A stretch of 64,000 nucleotides of DNA, taken from NCBI RefSeq assembly GCF_013167455.1, contig NZ_CP038328.1; one strand, given 5' to 3'. The position numbers were made by a program, and so were the translations under genes. The notes below the pieces were generated by a model, which was not told the origin of the DNA, did not search any database, and was given only the letters and a program-made list of their open reading frames with translations. Source of the stretch: Escherichia coli O157:H7. GTDB taxonomy: Bacteria > Pseudomonadota > Gammaproteobacteria > Enterobacterales > Enterobacteriaceae. How positions within the stretch are numbered: position 1 is the first letter of the stretch; the number at the start of each line of letters is the position of its first letter. Shown piece by piece: positions 23,633 through 36,595 of this stretch.

Positions 23633-23716
23633 AGTGGTGTGAGTTCTTAAACTTGGGGTAAATCTCGAACTTAATGTTGTGAATGGTATGGCAGGATCAT
23701 CCATGCCTGTTTACGG

Positions 23717-23818
23717 TCATCGACTCATGTCTTTTCGCTGCCTGGTCACAGGAGAGTACGCAGAACTGAAACGACAAGACGGATTGAGTGACGAGCCAGA
23801 AATCTGTTCACTTCGCAT
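23717..23818 (-). CDS. rhoL: rho operon leader peptide
   Basis: Minus-strand small ORF translates MRSEQISGSSLNPSCRFSSAYSPVTRQRKDMSR (33 aa), immediately upstream of rho. Confidence 0.75.
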   Translation of the reverse strand: MRSEQISGSSLNPSCRFSSAYSPVTRQRKDMSR

Positions 23819-23958
23819 TTAAGATAAAACGGGAAGCGTTGGAAATTACAAGATTCAAACTTAATAAGGTATGTTTAATACGAAGTCAACACTAAGTTAG
23901 CATGACTCACGCCGGGCGTCCAGTTTTTAGCGACGGGGCACCCGAACATGAAATTCCC

Positions 23959-24288
23959 TTACGCCAGGTTAGCGTCGAGGAACTCTTTCAACTGACCTTT
24001 AGACAGTGCGCCCACTTTGGTTGCCGCCACTTCACCGTTTTTGAACAGCAGCAGAGTCGGGATACCACGGATGCCATATTTCGGCGCAGTGCCAGGGTTT
24101 TGATCGATGTTCAGTTTTGCAACGGTCAGTTTGCCCTGATATTCGTCAGCGATTTCATCCAGAATCGGGGCGATCATTTTGCACGGACCGCACCACTCTG
24201 CCCAGAAATCGACGAGGATCGCCCCGTCCGCTTTGAGTACATCCGTGTCAAAACTGTCGTCAGTCAGGTGAATAATTTTATCGCTCAT
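23959..24288 (-). CDS. trxA: thioredoxin 1
   Basis: ORF 23959..24393 contains [50 protein letters not shown]...; WCGPC active site; 109 aa from the internal Met. Confidence 0.95.
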
Positions 24289-24418
24289 ATATAACTCCAC
24301 AGGAATAAGCCTGGCGTGTTGGTTTCGTTGTTGGTGTAACATTAACCAACTAAAGGTTGACTTTATTTCACCGGATACGCTTTCGTAAAGCAATAGTAAG
24401 CTGATATTCTACCACACT

Positions 24419-25684
24419 ATGAGCAAAACACATTTAACAGAACAGAAGTTTTCCGACTTCGCCCTGCATCCGAAGGTTGTAGAAGCCCTTGAAAAAAAAG
24501 GGTTTCATAACTGTACGCCCATTCAGGCACTGGCCCTTCCGCTGACGCTGGCGGGTCGTGACGTAGCCGGGCAGGCGCAAACCGGTACCGGGAAAACGAT
24601 GGCGTTTCTTACGTCAACGTTTCATTGTCTTCTCTCTCATCCCGCGATTGCCGATCGCAAGGTGAATCAGCCGCGTGCCTTAATTATGGCACCGACGCGT
24701 GAACTTGCCGTGCAGATCCATGCCGATGCGGAACCGCTGGCGGAAGCTACCGGCCTGAAGCTGGGTCTGGCTTACGGTGGTGATGGTTACGACAAACAGC
24801 TGAAAGTGCTGGAAAGCGGCGTTGACATTCTGATTGGCACCACGGGGCGTTTAATTGACTACGCCAAGCAGAACCACATTAACCTCGGTGCCATTCAGGT
24901 AGTGGTACTGGACGAAGCCGATCGCATGTACGATCTGGGCTTTATTAAAGATATCCGCTGGCTGTTCCGCCGTATGCCGCCTGCAAACCAGCGCCTCAAC
25001 ATGCTGTTCTCCGCCACGCTTTCGTACCGGGTACGTGAACTGGCGTTCGAGCAGATGAACAATGCCGAATATATTGAAGTGGAACCGGAACAGAAAACGG
25101 GCCACCGTATTAAAGAAGAGCTTTTCTACCCTTCTAACGAAGAAAAAATGCGTTTGCTGCAAACGCTGATCGAAGAAGAGTGGCCAGACAGAGCGATTAT
25201 TTTCGCCAATACCAAACACCGTTGTGAAGAGATCTGGGGCCACCTGGCGGCAGATGGTCATCGTGTCGGTTTGTTGACAGGCGATGTCGCGCAGAAAAAA
25301 CGTCTGCGTATTCTTGATGAATTTACCCGTGGCGATCTGGATATTCTGGTTGCCACCGACGTTGCCGCGCGTGGTTTGCATATTCCGGCAGTGACGCACG
25401 TCTTTAACTACGATTTACCCGATGACTGTGAAGATTACGTTCACCGTATTGGTCGTACAGGTCGCGCAGGCGCAAGCGGTCACTCTATTAGCCTGGCGTG
25501 TGAAGAGTATGCATTGAATTTGCCTGCTATTGAGACCTATATTGGTCACTCAATTCCGGTAAGCAAATACAATCCGGACGCATTGATGACCGATCTGCCA
25601 AAACCGCTGCGCCTCACGCGCCCGCGCACAGGCAATGGTCCGCGTCGTACTGGCGCTCCGCGTAATCGTCGTCGTTCAGGTTAA
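24419..25684 (+). CDS. rhlB: ATP-dependent RNA helicase RhlB (DEAD-box)
   Basis: 421 aa; Walker [13 protein letters not shown] box (VLDEADRM), Arg-rich C-terminus. Confidence 0.95.
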   Translation: MSKTHLTEQKFSDFALHPKVVEALEKKGFHNCTPIQALALPLTLAGRDVAGQAQTGTGKTMAFLTSTFHCLLSHPAIADRKVNQPRALIMAPTRELAVQIHADAEPLAEATGLKLGLAYGGDGYDKQLKVLESGVDILIGTTGRLIDYAKQNHINLGAIQVVVLDEADRMYDLGFIKDIRWLFRRMPPANQRLNMLFSATLSYRVRELAFEQMNNAEYIEVEPEQKTGHRIKEELFYPSNEEKMRLLQTLIEEEWPDRAIIFANTKHRCEEIWGHLAADGHRVGLLTGDVAQKKRLRILDEFTRGDLDILVATDVAARGLHIPAVTHVFNYDLPDDCEDYVHRIGRTGRAGASGHSISLACEEYALNLPAIETYIGHSIPVSKYNPDALMTDLPKPLRLTRPRTGNGPRRTGAPRNRRRSG

Positions 25685-25819
25685 ATAAAAAATGTCATAC
25701 TCAAAATCATTCAAACTGTATCAAGATGGCAAGAGAATGAATCCCGATGAGCTTACTGTAGTAAGTGATTCAGGTGAAAGAATGCAGCCAACACAGAGAC
25801 AGATTGAAGGATGAAGAGT

Positions 25820-27304
25820 ATGGGTTCCACCTCATCGCTGTATGCAGCCATTGATCTCGGTTCGAATAGTTTTCATATGCTGGTTGTGCGCGAGGTGGCT
25901 GGAAGCATCCAGACGCTGACGCGAATAAAACGCAAAGTGCGTCTGGCTGCTGGCCTGAATAGCGAAAATGCCCTCTCCAATGAAGCAATGGAGCGCGGTT
26001 GGCAATGTTTGCGCCTGTTTGCTGAACGTCTGCAAGATATTCCTCCCTCGCAAATTCGCGTTGTCGCTACGGCGACGTTACGCCTTGCCGTCAATGCGGG
26101 TGATTTTATTGCCAAAGCGCAGGAAATCCTCGGTTGTCCGGTACAGGTGATCAGCGGTGAAGAGGAAGCACGTCTGATTTATCAGGGTGTTGCTCACACC
26201 ACTGGCGGTGCCGATCAGCGCCTGGTAGTGGATATCGGCGGTGCCAGTACTGAACTGGTAACCGGCACGGGTGCACAAACCACCTCGTTGTTCAGCCTGT
26301 CGATGGGCTGCGTCACCTGGCTGGAACGCTATTTTGCCGATCGTAATCTGGGGCAGGAAAATTTTGATGCTGCAGAAAAAGCGGCACGCGAAGTGTTACG
26401 TCCGGTTGCCGATGAATTACGGTATCACGGCTGGAAAGTGTGCGTTGGTGCTTCCGGCACCGTGCAGGCGTTACAGGAAATCATGATGGCACAGGGGATG
26501 GATGAACGCATTACCCTGGAAAAGTTGCAGCAATTGAAACAGCGAGCCATTCATTGCGGTCGGCTGGAGGAACTGGAGATTGACGGGCTGACGCTGGAAC
26601 GTGCGTTAGTGTTCCCGAGTGGTCTGGCGATCCTGATCGCCATTTTTACCGAACTGAATATTCAGTGTATGACCCTGGCGGGCGGTGCGCTGCGTGAAGG
26701 CCTGGTCTACGGCATGTTGCATCTGGCCGTCGAGCAGGATATTCGCAGCCGTACGCTGCGTAATATTCAACGCCGCTTTATGATCGATATTGATCAGGCA
26801 CAGCGCGTAGCCAAAGTTGCGGCTAACTTCTTCGATCAGGTGGAAAACGAATGGCATCTTGAAGCAATAAGCCGCGATTTGCTCATCAGCGCCTGTCAGC
26901 TTCATGAAATCGGCCTGAGCGTTGACTTCAAACAAGCGCCGCAACACGCTGCTTATCTGGTGCGTAATCTGGATCTTCCCGGTTTTACCCCCGCACAGAA
27001 AAAATTGCTGGCGACGCTACTGCTCAACCAGACTAATCCGGTCGATCTCTCATCGCTGCATCAGCAAAATGCCGTACCGCCGCGCGTCGCAGAACAACTC
27101 TGCCGTTTACTACGCCTGGCCATCATTTTTGCCAGCCGTCGCCGTGACGATCTCGTGCCAGAGATGACATTACAGGCTAACCATGAACTGTTGACCTTGA
27201 CGCTTCCGCAAGGTTGGCTAACCCAACATCCGCTGGGTAAAGAGATTATTGCTCAGGAAAGCCAGTGGCAGAGCTATGTCCACTGGCCGCTGGAAGTGCA
27301 TTAA
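25820..27304 (+). CDS. gppA: guanosine pentaphosphate phosphohydrolase / exopolyphosphatase family
   Basis: ORF from 25811; recognised N-terminus [22 protein letters not shown] gives 494 aa; Ppx/GppA fold. Confidence 0.9.
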   Translation: MGSTSSLYAAIDLGSNSFHMLVVREVAGSIQTLTRIKRKVRLAAGLNSENALSNEAMERGWQCLRLFAERLQDIPPSQIRVVATATLRLAVNAGDFIAKAQEILGCPVQVISGEEEARLIYQGVAHTTGGADQRLVVDIGGASTELVTGTGAQTTSLFSLSMGCVTWLERYFADRNLGQENFDAAEKAAREVLRPVADELRYHGWKVCVGASGTVQALQEIMMAQGMDERITLEKLQQLKQRAIHCGRLEELEIDGLTLERALVFPSGLAILIAIFTELNIQCMTLAGGALREGLVYGMLHLAVEQDIRSRTLRNIQRRFMIDIDQAQRVAKVAANFFDQVENEWHLEAISRDLLISACQLHEIGLSVDFKQAPQHAAYLVRNLDLPGFTPAQKKLLATLLLNQTNPVDLSSLHQQNAVPPRVAEQLCRLLRLAIIFASRRRDDLVPEMTLQANHELLTLTLPQGWLTQHPLGKEIIAQESQWQSYVHWPLEVH

Positions 27305-27310
27305 TGAGTA

Positions 27311-27345
27311 AGTGCCGGATGCGATGCTGACGCATCTTTTCCGGC
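27311..27345. repeat. REP palindromic unit
   Basis: GCCGGATGCGATGCTGACGCATCTTTTCCGGCC between the convergent gppA and rep 3' ends. Confidence 0.7.
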
Positions 27346-27350
27346 CTTGA

Positions 27351-29372
27351 TTATTTCCCTCGTTTTGCCGCCATCATCGCTTTCAGATTCGCCAGATGGC
27401 TTTGCCCTTTCTGCATCCGTTCTTCGGCGCTGACCACTTTGCGCTCCTGTTCCCAAATCAGATCATCCTGCGGCAGCTCCAGCAAAAAGCGGCTCGGCTC
27501 CGGGCGCACCAGTTCGCCGTACTGACGGCGTTCTTTACACAGCGTAAAGGTCAATTCCTTCTGGGCGCGGGTAATGCCGACATAGGCCAGCCGCCGCTCC
27601 TCATCGATATTATCTTCATCGATACTGCTCTGGTGCGGCAAAAACCCTTCTTCCATACCGACCATGTAGACATAAGGAAACTCCAGTCCTTTTGACGCGT
27701 GGAGAGTCATCAGTTGCACCTGATCCAGCTCTTCTTCACTCTCACCACGCTCCATCATGTCGCGCAAAGTAAAGCGCGTCACCACCTGGGTGAGCGTCAT
27801 CGGCTCATCCAGTTCGCTGCCTTCCAGCATCTCCGTCATCCAGCTAAACAGTTGGTTGACGTTCTTCATGCGCATTTCGGCGGCTTTCGGGCTGGGCGAT
27901 GTTTCGTACAGCCAGGATTCATAATCCATGCCATGGATCAGATCACGCACCGCAGCAATCGGCTCCCGCTCCGCCAGGCGCTGGATTTCTGCCAACCAGT
28001 GAGTGAAGCGGGTCAATGCTTCATAACCACGTCCGCTAAGCGTCTGACTCAGGCCCATATCAAAGCTGGCGGTAAACATGCTTTTATTGCGCGTCATCGC
28101 CCACTCACCCAGCTTTTTCAGCGTAGCCGGGCCAATCTCTCGCTTCGGCGTGTTAACGATACGCAGAAATGCGCTGTCATCGTCCGGGTTAGTCAGCACG
28201 CGCAGATAAGCCAGCAAGTCCTTGATTTCAGGACGAGAGAAAAACGACGTACCACCGGATATTTTGTACGGGATGCGGTTTTGCATCAGGAATTTTTCAA
28301 ATACCCGCGACTGATGGTTGCCGCGATAAAGAATGGCGTAATCTTTGTACTGCGTTTTATTGACGAAGTGATGGGCGATCAGCTCGCCAGTAACGCGCTC
28401 GGCTTCATGTTCCTCGTTATTCGCGCTTAAAACTTTTAGCTCTGTGCCGTAACCCAGTTCGGAGAACAGACGCTTTTCAAAGACGTGCGGGTTATTGGCG
28501 ATCAGGATGTTCGCCGCTTTCAGAATACGCCCGGAAGAGCGATAGTTCTGCTCAAGCTTAATCACCTTCAGCGCCGGAAAATCCTGACTCAGCAGCACCA
28601 GGTTTTGCGGACGTGCACCGCGCCAGGAGTAGATCGACTGGTCATCGTCACCCACCACGGTAAAGCGCGCGCGGCTGCCCACCAGCAGTTTCACCAGTTC
28701 ATACTGGCTGGTGTTGGTGTCCTGATACTCATCCACCAGCAGGTAGCGAATTTTGTTCTGCCAGCGTTCGCGTACTTCTTCATTGCGTTGCAGCAGCAAC
28801 GTCGGCAATAAAATCAGGTCATCGAAGTCGAGAACGTTACAGGCTTTCAGGTGTGCATCATACAGCCCATAACAATGGGCAAAAATACGATCCCGCTCGC
28901 CCTTTGCCTCTGCCGCCGCCTGCGCCGGAGTTTTGAGATCGTTCTTCCAGTTAGAGATGGTCGAAATCAGTTGTTGCAGGAGAACTTTGTCATCTTCAAT
29001 CAGCCCCTCGGTCAACTCTTTAAGCAAAGCAAGCTGATCGGTATCGTCAAATAACGAGAAGTTCGCTTTCATCCCAAGCGCCGCATACTCGCGTTTGATG
29101 ATATCCAGCCCCAACGTATGGAAAGTGGAGATCATCAGCCCACGCGCCTCTTTACGCCCCAGCGTCTGCCCTACACGCTCTTTCATCTCGCGCGCTGCTT
29201 TATTAGTAAAGGTCACCGCCGCAATGTGCCGCGCCTGATAACCGCAACCGCGGATCAGATGGGCGATTTTATTGGTGATAACACGAGTTTTACCGGAACC
29301 CGCGCCCGCCAGCACCAGGCAGGGGCCGGTAACGAATTCGACAGCTTGTTGTTGGCCGGGGTTTAGACGCAT
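27351..29372 (-). CDS. rep: ATP-dependent DNA helicase Rep (SF1)
   Basis: ORF to 29423; recognised N-terminus [29 protein letters not shown] (Walker A) gives 673 aa. Confidence 0.95.
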   Translation of the reverse strand: MRLNPGQQQAVEFVTGPCLVLAGAGSGKTRVITNKIAHLIRGCGYQARHIAAVTFTNKAAREMKERVGQTLGRKEARGLMISTFHTLGLDIIKREYAALGMKANFSLFDDTDQLALLKELTEGLIEDDKVLLQQLISTISNWKNDLKTPAQAAAEAKGERDRIFAHCYGLYDAHLKACNVLDFDDLILLPTLLLQRNEEVRERWQNKIRYLLVDEYQDTNTSQYELVKLLVGSRARFTVVGDDDQSIYSWRGARPQNLVLLSQDFPALKVIKLEQNYRSSGRILKAANILIANNPHVFEKRLFSELGYGTELKVLSANNEEHEAERVTGELIAHHFVNKTQYKDYAILYRGNHQSRVFEKFLMQNRIPYKISGGTSFFSRPEIKDLLAYLRVLTNPDDDSAFLRIVNTPKREIGPATLKKLGEWAMTRNKSMFTASFDMGLSQTLSGRGYEALTRFTHWLAEIQRLAEREPIAAVRDLIHGMDYESWLYETSPSPKAAEMRMKNVNQLFSWMTEMLEGSELDEPMTLTQVVTRFTLRDMMERGESEEELDQVQLMTLHASKGLEFPYVYMVGMEEGFLPHQSSIDEDNIDEERRLAYVGITRAQKELTFTLCKERRQYGELVRPEPSRFLLELPQDDLIWEQERKVVSAEERMQKGQSHLANLKAMMAAKRGK

Positions 29373-29588
29373 AGGTGTATTGCTCAATCTTCGAACGGGG
29401 GGAGGATTGTAGCAGAATCGCATTTGAATGTGACCGCGTGTAAGCCGCTAACCGGTTGGCTGCGGATGTTTAAATCAGAGAGAGAAGACCGAAATCGGAG
29501 TTCATCGTGAATCCATTAGACTTAGAAAATATCGGGTCGTAACGTTGTGTTATTACTTTTTCAGAGTTTACTAAGGAGAGGTTTACTC

Positions 29589-30038
29589 GTGGCGATTAAT
29601 TTCAGCCCTAAGGTTGGTGAAATACTGGAATGCAACTTTGGTAACTATCCTGTTAGCCAAAATGGACCGTTCAGCACGACGTATTACGATGGCCGCATTC
29701 CTCCTGAAATGATAAAAAACAGGTTAGTTGTCGTGCTCAACGGAAAAATTAATGGCAACGCATTCATCGTCGTTCCATTATCAACCACTCGCGACCATGA
29801 CAAGTTAAAACGTGGAATGCATGTTGAAATAGCCAGTAATGTTATCAATGACCTGCAATTCTTTGATCAGCAGATTCGTTGGGCCAAAACCGACCTGGTA
29901 CAACAAGTCAGTCGAAACAGATTAAACAGAGCAAGAACTTACAGAGGGTATCTTAATCAATGTTTGCCACATGAGTTGGTTGCAGACATACAGAGGGCGG
30001 TCATCAAGTCAATCAATGCCATATCGCTCATAAATTGA
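29589..30038 (+). CDS. yifN: PemK/MazF-fold protein (YifN-like), no adjacent antitoxin ORF
   Basis: ORF 29547..30038; likely GTG start at 29589 preceded by AAGGAGAG; pattern GEILECNFG...RLVVVLNG...AFIVVPLSTT resembles the MazF/PemK core (RPAVVLSP...CLCVPCTT). Confidence 0.6.
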   Translation: MAINFSPKVGEILECNFGNYPVSQNGPFSTTYYDGRIPPEMIKNRLVVVLNGKINGNAFIVVPLSTTRDHDKLKRGMHVEIASNVINDLQFFDQQIRWAKTDLVQQVSRNRLNRARTYRGYLNQCLPHELVADIQRAVIKSINAISLIN

Positions 30039-30212
30039 CAATAAAATCACCATCCCCGATAATGACTTTGTAGCCCATAGAGGCCCTAAGTTTTCTCCCC
30101 TTGAGGGACCTGCGAAGCCCGGATTTTCCGGGCTTTTGCCATATATGTACCAGCCCCTCCCTGACTGACAATTACGTTAGCATCGGCGGATCATGCTAAA
30201 ATCGCCGCCTGA

Positions 30213-30518
<306 letters not shown>

Positions 30519-30521
30519 TAG

Positions 30522-30548
30522 CAAGGCCTTCTCCGGGAGAAGGCCTTG
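30522..30548. terminator. Hairpin between convergent ppiC and ilvC (candidate bidirectional terminator)
   Basis: Perfect inverted repeat AAGGCCTTCTCC-GG-GAGAAGGCCTT directly after the ppiC stop and before the ilvC stop. Confidence 0.6.
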
Positions 30549-30563
30549 AACTCTGAATCGCTA

Positions 30564-32039
30564 TTAACCCGCAACAGCAATACGTTTCATATCAGTCATG
30601 TAGCCGCGCAGTTTCTTACCTACCTGCTCAATCGCATGGCTGCGAATCGCTTCGTTCAAATCACGCAGTTGCGCGTTATCTACCGCACCTTCCGGAATAG
30701 CTTTACCCAAATCGCCCGGTTGCAGCTCTGCCATAAACGGTTTCAGCAACGGCACACAAGCGTAAGAGAACAGATAGTTACCGTACTCAGCGGTATCAGA
30801 GATAACCACGTTCATTTCGTACAGACGCTTACGGGCGATGGTGTTGGCAATCAGCGGCAGTTCGTGCAGTGATTCATAGTAAGCAGATTCTTCGATGATG
30901 CCGGAATCAACCATGGTTTCAAACGCCAGCTCAACGCCCGCTTTCACCATCGCGATCATCAGTACGCCTTTATCGAAGTACTCCTGCTCGCCGATTTTGC
31001 CTTCATACTGCGGCGCGGTTTCAAACGCGGTTTTGCCGGTCTCTTCACGCCAGGTCAGCAGTTTCTTATCATCGTTGGCCCAGTCCGCCATCATGCCGGA
31101 GGAGAATTCGCCGGAGATGATGTCGTCCATATGTTTCTGGAACAGCGGTGCCATGATCTCTTTCAGCTGTTCTGACAACGCGTAAGCGCGCAGTTTCGCC
31201 GGGTTAGAGAGACGGTCCATCATCAGGGTGATGCCGCCCTGTTTCAGCGCTTCGGTGATGGTTTCCCAGCCGAACTGAATCAGTTTTTCTGCGTATGCCG
31301 GATCGGTGCCTTCTTCCACCAGCTTGTCGAAGCACAGCAGAGAGCCGGCCTGCAACATACCGCACAGAATGGTTTGCTCGCCCATCAGGTCAGATTTCAC
31401 TTCCGCAACGAAAGAGGATTCCAGCACGCCCGCACGATGACCACCGGTTGCCGCCGCCCATGCTTTAGCGATCGCCATGCCTTCGCCTTTCGGATCGTTT
31501 TCCGGGTGAACGGCAATCAGCGTCGGTACGCCGAATCCACGTTTGTACTCTTCACGTACTTCGGTGCCTGGGCATTTCGGCGCAACCATTACTACGGTGA
31601 TGTCTTTACGGATCTGCTCGCCCACTTCGACGATGTTGAAACCATGCGAGTAACCCAGCGCCGCGCCGTCTTTCATCAGTGGCTGTACGGTGTGCACTAC
31701 ATCAGAGTGCTGCTTGTCCGGCGTCAGGTTAACCACCAGATCCGCCTGTGGGATCAGTTCTTCGTAAGTACCCACTTTAAAACCATTTTCGGTCGCTTTA
31801 CGCCAGGACGCGCGCTTCTCGGCAATCGCTTCTTTACGCAGAGCGTAGGAGATATCGAGACCAGAATCACGCATGTTCAGGCCCTGGTTCAGACCCTGTG
31901 CGCCACAGCCGACGATGACCACTTTTTTACCCTGAAGGTAGCTCGCGCCATCGGCGAATTCGTCGCGGCCCATAAAGCGACATTTGCCCAACTGTGCCAG
32001 TTGCTGGCGCAGGTTCAGTGTATTGAAGTAGTTAGCCAT
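30564..32039 (-). CDS. ilvC: ketol-acid reductoisomerase
   Basis: ORF to 32174; recognised N-terminus [23 protein letters not shown] gives 491 aa; NADPH motif [13 protein letters not shown]. Confidence 0.95.
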
Positions 32040-32188
32040 GGTGATTCCTCGTGATGTTGTGCTTCTTATTGTTCGGTTCGCGTTTGCAAGATTGAATTCA
32101 CTATATGACAGGAAATTTATTGCGGAAATTGATATATTCACAACATCACATTGCAATTTTTGCAACGTCAACATCGAGGGCTGTCCCT
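32040..32188. promoter_or_regulatory. ilvC-ilvY divergent promoter/operator region
   Basis: 149 bp between divergent starts of ilvC and the LysR-type regulator ilvY; the known architecture has overlapping divergent promoters with IlvY operators. Individual sites not resolved here. Confidence 0.5.
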
Positions 32189-33082
32189 GTGGATTTACGC
32201 GATCTGAAAACCTTCCTGCATCTGGCGGAAAGCCGCCATTTTGGCCGCAGCGCGCGGGCGATGCACGTTAGCCCATCCACGCTCTCACGGCAGATTCAGC
32301 GCCTGGAAGAAGATCTCGGTCAGCCGCTGTTTGTGCGCGATAACCGCACGGTGACGCTGACTGAAGCGGGCGAAGAACTGCGCGTTTTCGCCCAGCAAAC
32401 GCTGTTGCAGTATCAGCAGCTGCGCCACACCATCGATCAGCAAGGGCCGTCGCTCTCTGGCGAATTACATATCTTCTGCTCGGTGACCGCTGCCTACAGC
32501 CATCTGCCGCCGATTCTGGATCGCTTCCGCGCGGAACACCCGTCGGTGGAGATTAAACTCACTACTGGTGATGCGGCAGATGCAATGGAAAAAGTGGTCA
32601 CGGGAGAAGCGGATCTGGCGATTGCCGGGAAACCGGAGACGCTACCCGGCGCTGTAGCGTTTTCGATGCTGGAGAATCTGGCGGTAGTGCTGATTGCGCC
32701 CGCGCTGCCCTGCCCGGTGCGTAATCAGGTCTCGGTAGAGAAGCCGGACTGGTCAACGGTACCGTTTATCATGGCCGATCAGGGGCCAGTACGCCGCCGC
32801 ATTGAACTGTGGTTTCGACGCAATAAAATCAGCAACCCAATGATTTACGCCACGGTTGGCGGGCATGAAGCGATGGTATCGATGGTGGCGCTCGGCTGTG
32901 GTGTGGCGCTGTTGCCGGAAGTGGTGCTGGAAAACAGCCCGGAGCCTGTACGCAACCGGGTAATGATTTTAGATCGCAGCGATGAGAAAACGCCGTTTGA
33001 ACTGGGCGTGTGTGCACAAAAAAAGCGGCTGCATGAGCCGCTGATTGAGGCGTTCTGGAGGATTTTGCCGAACCACAAATGA
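32189..33082 (+). CDS. ilvY: LysR-family transcriptional activator of ilvC
   Basis: GTG start at 32189 ([44 protein letters not shown] region); 297 aa. Confidence 0.9.
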
Positions 33083-33133
33083 CGTTGTCGCGCGAGTAGG
33101 CCTGATAAGCGAAGCGCTATCAGGCATTTTTCC

Positions 33134-34678
33134 CTAACCCGCCAAAAAGAACCTGAACGCCGGGTTATTGGTTTCGTCGTGGCAATCGTAGCCCAGCTCA
33201 TTCAGCCGGGTTTCGAAATCCGGTTCATGGTCGCCAAGTTCGAACGCCGCCAGTACGCGCCCGTAGTCGGTGCCATGGCTGCGATAGTGGAACAAAGAAA
33301 TGTTCCAGTGCGTACCCAGCGTGTTGAGGAAGCGCAGCAGCGCGCCCGGTGATTCCGGGAATTCGAAGCTGTAGAGGCGTTCCTGCAACGGATGTGACGG
33401 ACGCCCGCCGACCATATAGCGCACATGCAACTTCGCCATTTCGTCGTCGGAGAGATCCACCACGCTGTAGCCGCCGTCGTTGAGCATCTGCAAAATTTCT
33501 TTGCGCTCTTCGAGGCCGCGGCTCAGGCGCACGCCGACAAAGATGCAGGCGTTTTTGGCATCGGCAAAACGGTAGTTGAACTCGGTGACCGATCGCCCGC
33601 CAAGCAGTTGGCAGAATTTGAGGAAGCTGCCTTTTTCTTCCGGAATGGTCACCGCCAACAACGCTTCACGCTGTTCGCCCAGTTCGCAGCGTTCCGAGAC
33701 GTAGCGCAGGCCGTGGAAGTTCACGTTGGCACCGGAAAGAATATGCGCCAGCCGTTCGCCGCGAATGTTGTGCTGGGCGATATATTTTTTCATTCCCGCC
33801 AGCGCCAGCGCGCCAGAGGGTTCCGCCACCGCGCGCACATCTTCGAATAAATCCTTCATCGCCGCACAGATCGCATCACTATCGACGGTGATGATATCGT
33901 CGAGATACTCCTGGCACAAACGGAAGGTTTCGTCGCCGATGCGTTTTACCGCAACGCCTTCAGCAAACAGCCCCACGCGCGGCAGATCAACCGGATGACC
34001 CGCATCCAGCGCTGCTTTCAGGCAGGCGGAGTCTTCCGCTTCTACGGCGATTACTTTGATTTGCGGCATCAGTTGTTTGATCAGCACCGCCACGCCAGCA
34101 GCCAGACCGCCGCCGCCGACTGGCACAAATACGCGGTCGAGATGGGCGTCCTGCTGGAGCAGTTCCAGCGCCAGCGTGCCTTGCCCGGCAATCACCATCG
34201 GATGGTCGAACGGCGGCACCCAGGTGAACCCCTGCTGCTGTGACAGTTCGATCGCTTTGGCTTTCGCTTCATCAAAGTTCGCGCCGTGGAGCAGCACTTC
34301 GCCGCCGAAGCCGCGCACCGCGTCGACTTTGATGTCGGCGGTGGCGGTTGGCATAACGATCAGGGCCTTCACGCCTAACCGCGCAGAAGAAAACGCGACG
34401 CCCTGCGCGTGGTTACCCGCAGAAGCAGTGATCACGCCGTGCGCTTTTTGTTCTTCCGTCAGGCCCGCCATCATGGCGTATGCGCCGCGCAGCTTAAAGC
34501 TGTGCACTGGCTGGCGATCTTCGCGCTTCACCAGAATCACGTTATCAAGACGAGACGAGAGCTTTTCCATTTTTTGTAGCGGCGTGACCTGCGCCGCTTC
34601 GTAGACCGGCGCGCGCAGCACCGCTCTTAAATATTCAGCACCTTCCGGGGCACCGGACAGGGGTTGCGAGTCAGCCAT
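33134..34678 (-). CDS. ilvA: threonine deaminase (biosynthetic)
   Basis: 514 aa; PLP fold-II N-terminal domain plus tandem regulatory C-terminal domains; last gene of ilvGMEDA. Confidence 0.95.
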   Translation of the reverse strand: MADSQPLSGAPEGAEYLRAVLRAPVYEAAQVTPLQKMEKLSSRLDNVILVKREDRQPVHSFKLRGAYAMMAGLTEEQKAHGVITASAGNHAQGVAFSSARLGVKALIVMPTATADIKVDAVRGFGGEVLLHGANFDEAKAKAIELSQQQGFTWVPPFDHPMVIAGQGTLALELLQQDAHLDRVFVPVGGGGLAAGVAVLIKQLMPQIKVIAVEAEDSACLKAALDAGHPVDLPRVGLFAEGVAVKRIGDETFRLCQEYLDDIITVDSDAICAAMKDLFEDVRAVAEPSGALALAGMKKYIAQHNIRGERLAHILSGANVNFHGLRYVSERCELGEQREALLAVTIPEEKGSFLKFCQLLGGRSVTEFNYRFADAKNACIFVGVRLSRGLEERKEILQMLNDGGYSVVDLSDDEMAKLHVRYMVGGRPSHPLQERLYSFEFPESPGALLRFLNTLGTHWNISLFHYRSHGTDYGRVLAAFELGDHEPDFETRLNELGYDCHDETNNPAFRFFLAG

Positions 34679-34680
34679 TA

Positions 34681-36531
34681 TTAACCCCCCAGTTTCGATT
34701 TATCGCGCACCGCGCCTTTGTCGGCGCTGGTTGCCAGGCTGGCATAAGCACGCAGGGCAAAGGAGATCTGACGTTCACGATTTTTCGGCGTCCAGGCTTT
34801 GTCACCCCGAGCTTCCTGCGCTTCACGACGCGCCGCCAGTTCGGCATCGCTTACCTGTAACTGAATGCCACGGTTCGGAATGTCGATGGCGATCAGGTCG
34901 CCGTCTTCAATCAGGCCAATGCTGCCGCCGCTTGCCGCTTCCGGTGAGACGTGGCCGATAGAAAGGCCAGAGGTGCCGCCAGAGAAACGACCGTCGGTGA
35001 TCAGCGCACAGGCTTTACCGAGCCCCATTGATTTCAGGAAGCTGGTTGGGTAGAGCATTTCCTGCATCCCCGGACCACCTTTTGGGCCTTCATAGCGAAT
35101 TACTACCACATCTCCGGCGACAACTTTACCGCCGAGAATCGCTTCTACCGCGTCGTCCTGGCTTTCGTACACTTTCGCCGGGCCGGTGAATTTGAGGATG
35201 CTGTCATCGACGCCCGCAGTTTTAACGATGCAGCCGTTTTCCGCGAAATTACCGTAGAGCACCGCCAGGCCGCCGTCTTTGCTATAGGCGTGTTCCAGCG
35301 AGCGGATACAGCCATTGGCGCGATCGTCGTCCAGCGTATCCCAACGGCAATCTTGCGAGAATGCCTGGGTGGTACGGATACCCGCAGGGCCGGCGCGGAA
35401 CATATTTTTTACCGCGTCATCCTGGGTCAGCATAACGTCGTATTGTTCCAGCGTTTGCGGCAACGTCAGGCCAAGTACGTTTTTCACATCACGGTTCAGT
35501 AACCCCGCACGATCCAGCTCGCCGAGAATACCGATAACACCACCAGCACGGTGAACATCTTCCATATGGTATTTTTGGGTGCTCGGCGCGACTTTGCATA
35601 ACTGCGGAACCTTGCGGGAAAGCTTATCGATATCACTCATGGTGAAGTCGATTTCCGCTTCCTGCGCCGCCGCCAGCAGGTGAAGTACGGTGTTAGTCGA
35701 TCCACCCATCGCGATATCCAGCGTCATGGCATTTTCAAACGCCGCTTTGCTAGCAATATTGCGGGGCAGTGCACTTTCGTCGTTTTGCTCGTAGTAACGT
35801 TTGGTCAATTCAACAATGCGTTTACCAGCATTGAGGAACAGCTGCTTACGGTCAGAGTGGGTTGCCAGCAGCGAGCCGTTGCCCGGCTGCGACAGACCCA
35901 GCGCTTCGGTCAGGCAGTTCATTGAGTTAGCGGTAAACATCCCGGAGCAGGAACCGCAGGTTGGGCATGCGGAACGTTCAACCTGATCGCTCTGGGAGTC
36001 AGATACTTTCGGGTCTGCGCCCTGGATCATCGCATCAACCAGATCGAGCTTGATGATCTGATCGGACAGTTTGGTTTTCCCGGCCTCCATCGGGCCGCCG
36101 GAAACAAAGATCACCGGAATATTCAGACGCAGGGAAGCCATCAGCATCCCCGGGGTGATTTTGTCACAGTTAGAGATGCAGACCATGGCGTCGGCGCAGT
36201 GGGCGTTGACCATATACTCAACGGAATCAGCGATCAGTTCGCGAGATGGCAGTGAATAAAGCATCCCCCCGTGGCCCATGGCAATCCCATCATCCACCGC
36301 AATGGTGTTGAACTCTTTGGCAACGCCGCCAGCCGCTTCAATTTGTTCGGCGACCAGTTTACCGAGATCGCGCAGATGGACGTGACCCGGTACAAATTGG
36401 GTGAACGAGTTCACAACCGCGATAATCGGCTTACCGAAATCGGCGTCGGTCATTCCGGTGGCGCGCCACAGCGCACGAGCACCCGCCATATTACGACCAT
36501 GAGTGGTGGTGGCGGAACGGTACTTAGGCAT
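34681..36531 (-). CDS. ilvD: dihydroxy-acid dehydratase
   Basis: 616 aa; [27 protein letters not shown]-terminus; ILVD/EDD family. Confidence 0.95.
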   Translation of the reverse strand: MPKYRSATTTHGRNMAGARALWRATGMTDADFGKPIIAVVNSFTQFVPGHVHLRDLGKLVAEQIEAAGGVAKEFNTIAVDDGIAMGHGGMLYSLPSRELIADSVEYMVNAHCADAMVCISNCDKITPGMLMASLRLNIPVIFVSGGPMEAGKTKLSDQIIKLDLVDAMIQGADPKVSDSQSDQVERSACPTCGSCSGMFTANSMNCLTEALGLSQPGNGSLLATHSDRKQLFLNAGKRIVELTKRYYEQNDESALPRNIASKAAFENAMTLDIAMGGSTNTVLHLLAAAQEAEIDFTMSDIDKLSRKVPQLCKVAPSTQKYHMEDVHRAGGVIGILGELDRAGLLNRDVKNVLGLTLPQTLEQYDVMLTQDDAVKNMFRAGPAGIRTTQAFSQDCRWDTLDDDRANGCIRSLEHAYSKDGGLAVLYGNFAENGCIVKTAGVDDSILKFTGPAKVYESQDDAVEAILGGKVVAGDVVVIRYEGPKGGPGMQEMLYPTSFLKSMGLGKACALITDGRFSGGTSGLSIGHVSPEAASGGSIGLIEDGDLIAIDIPNRGIQLQVSDAELAARREAQEARGDKAWTPKNRERQISFALRAYASLATSADKGAVRDKSKLGG

Positions 36532-36595
36532 ACTTTATTTACTCCCAGTGTCTGTCTCGTAAATGGGACGGTGCGTGCCGTCCCATTTTTTGTAT

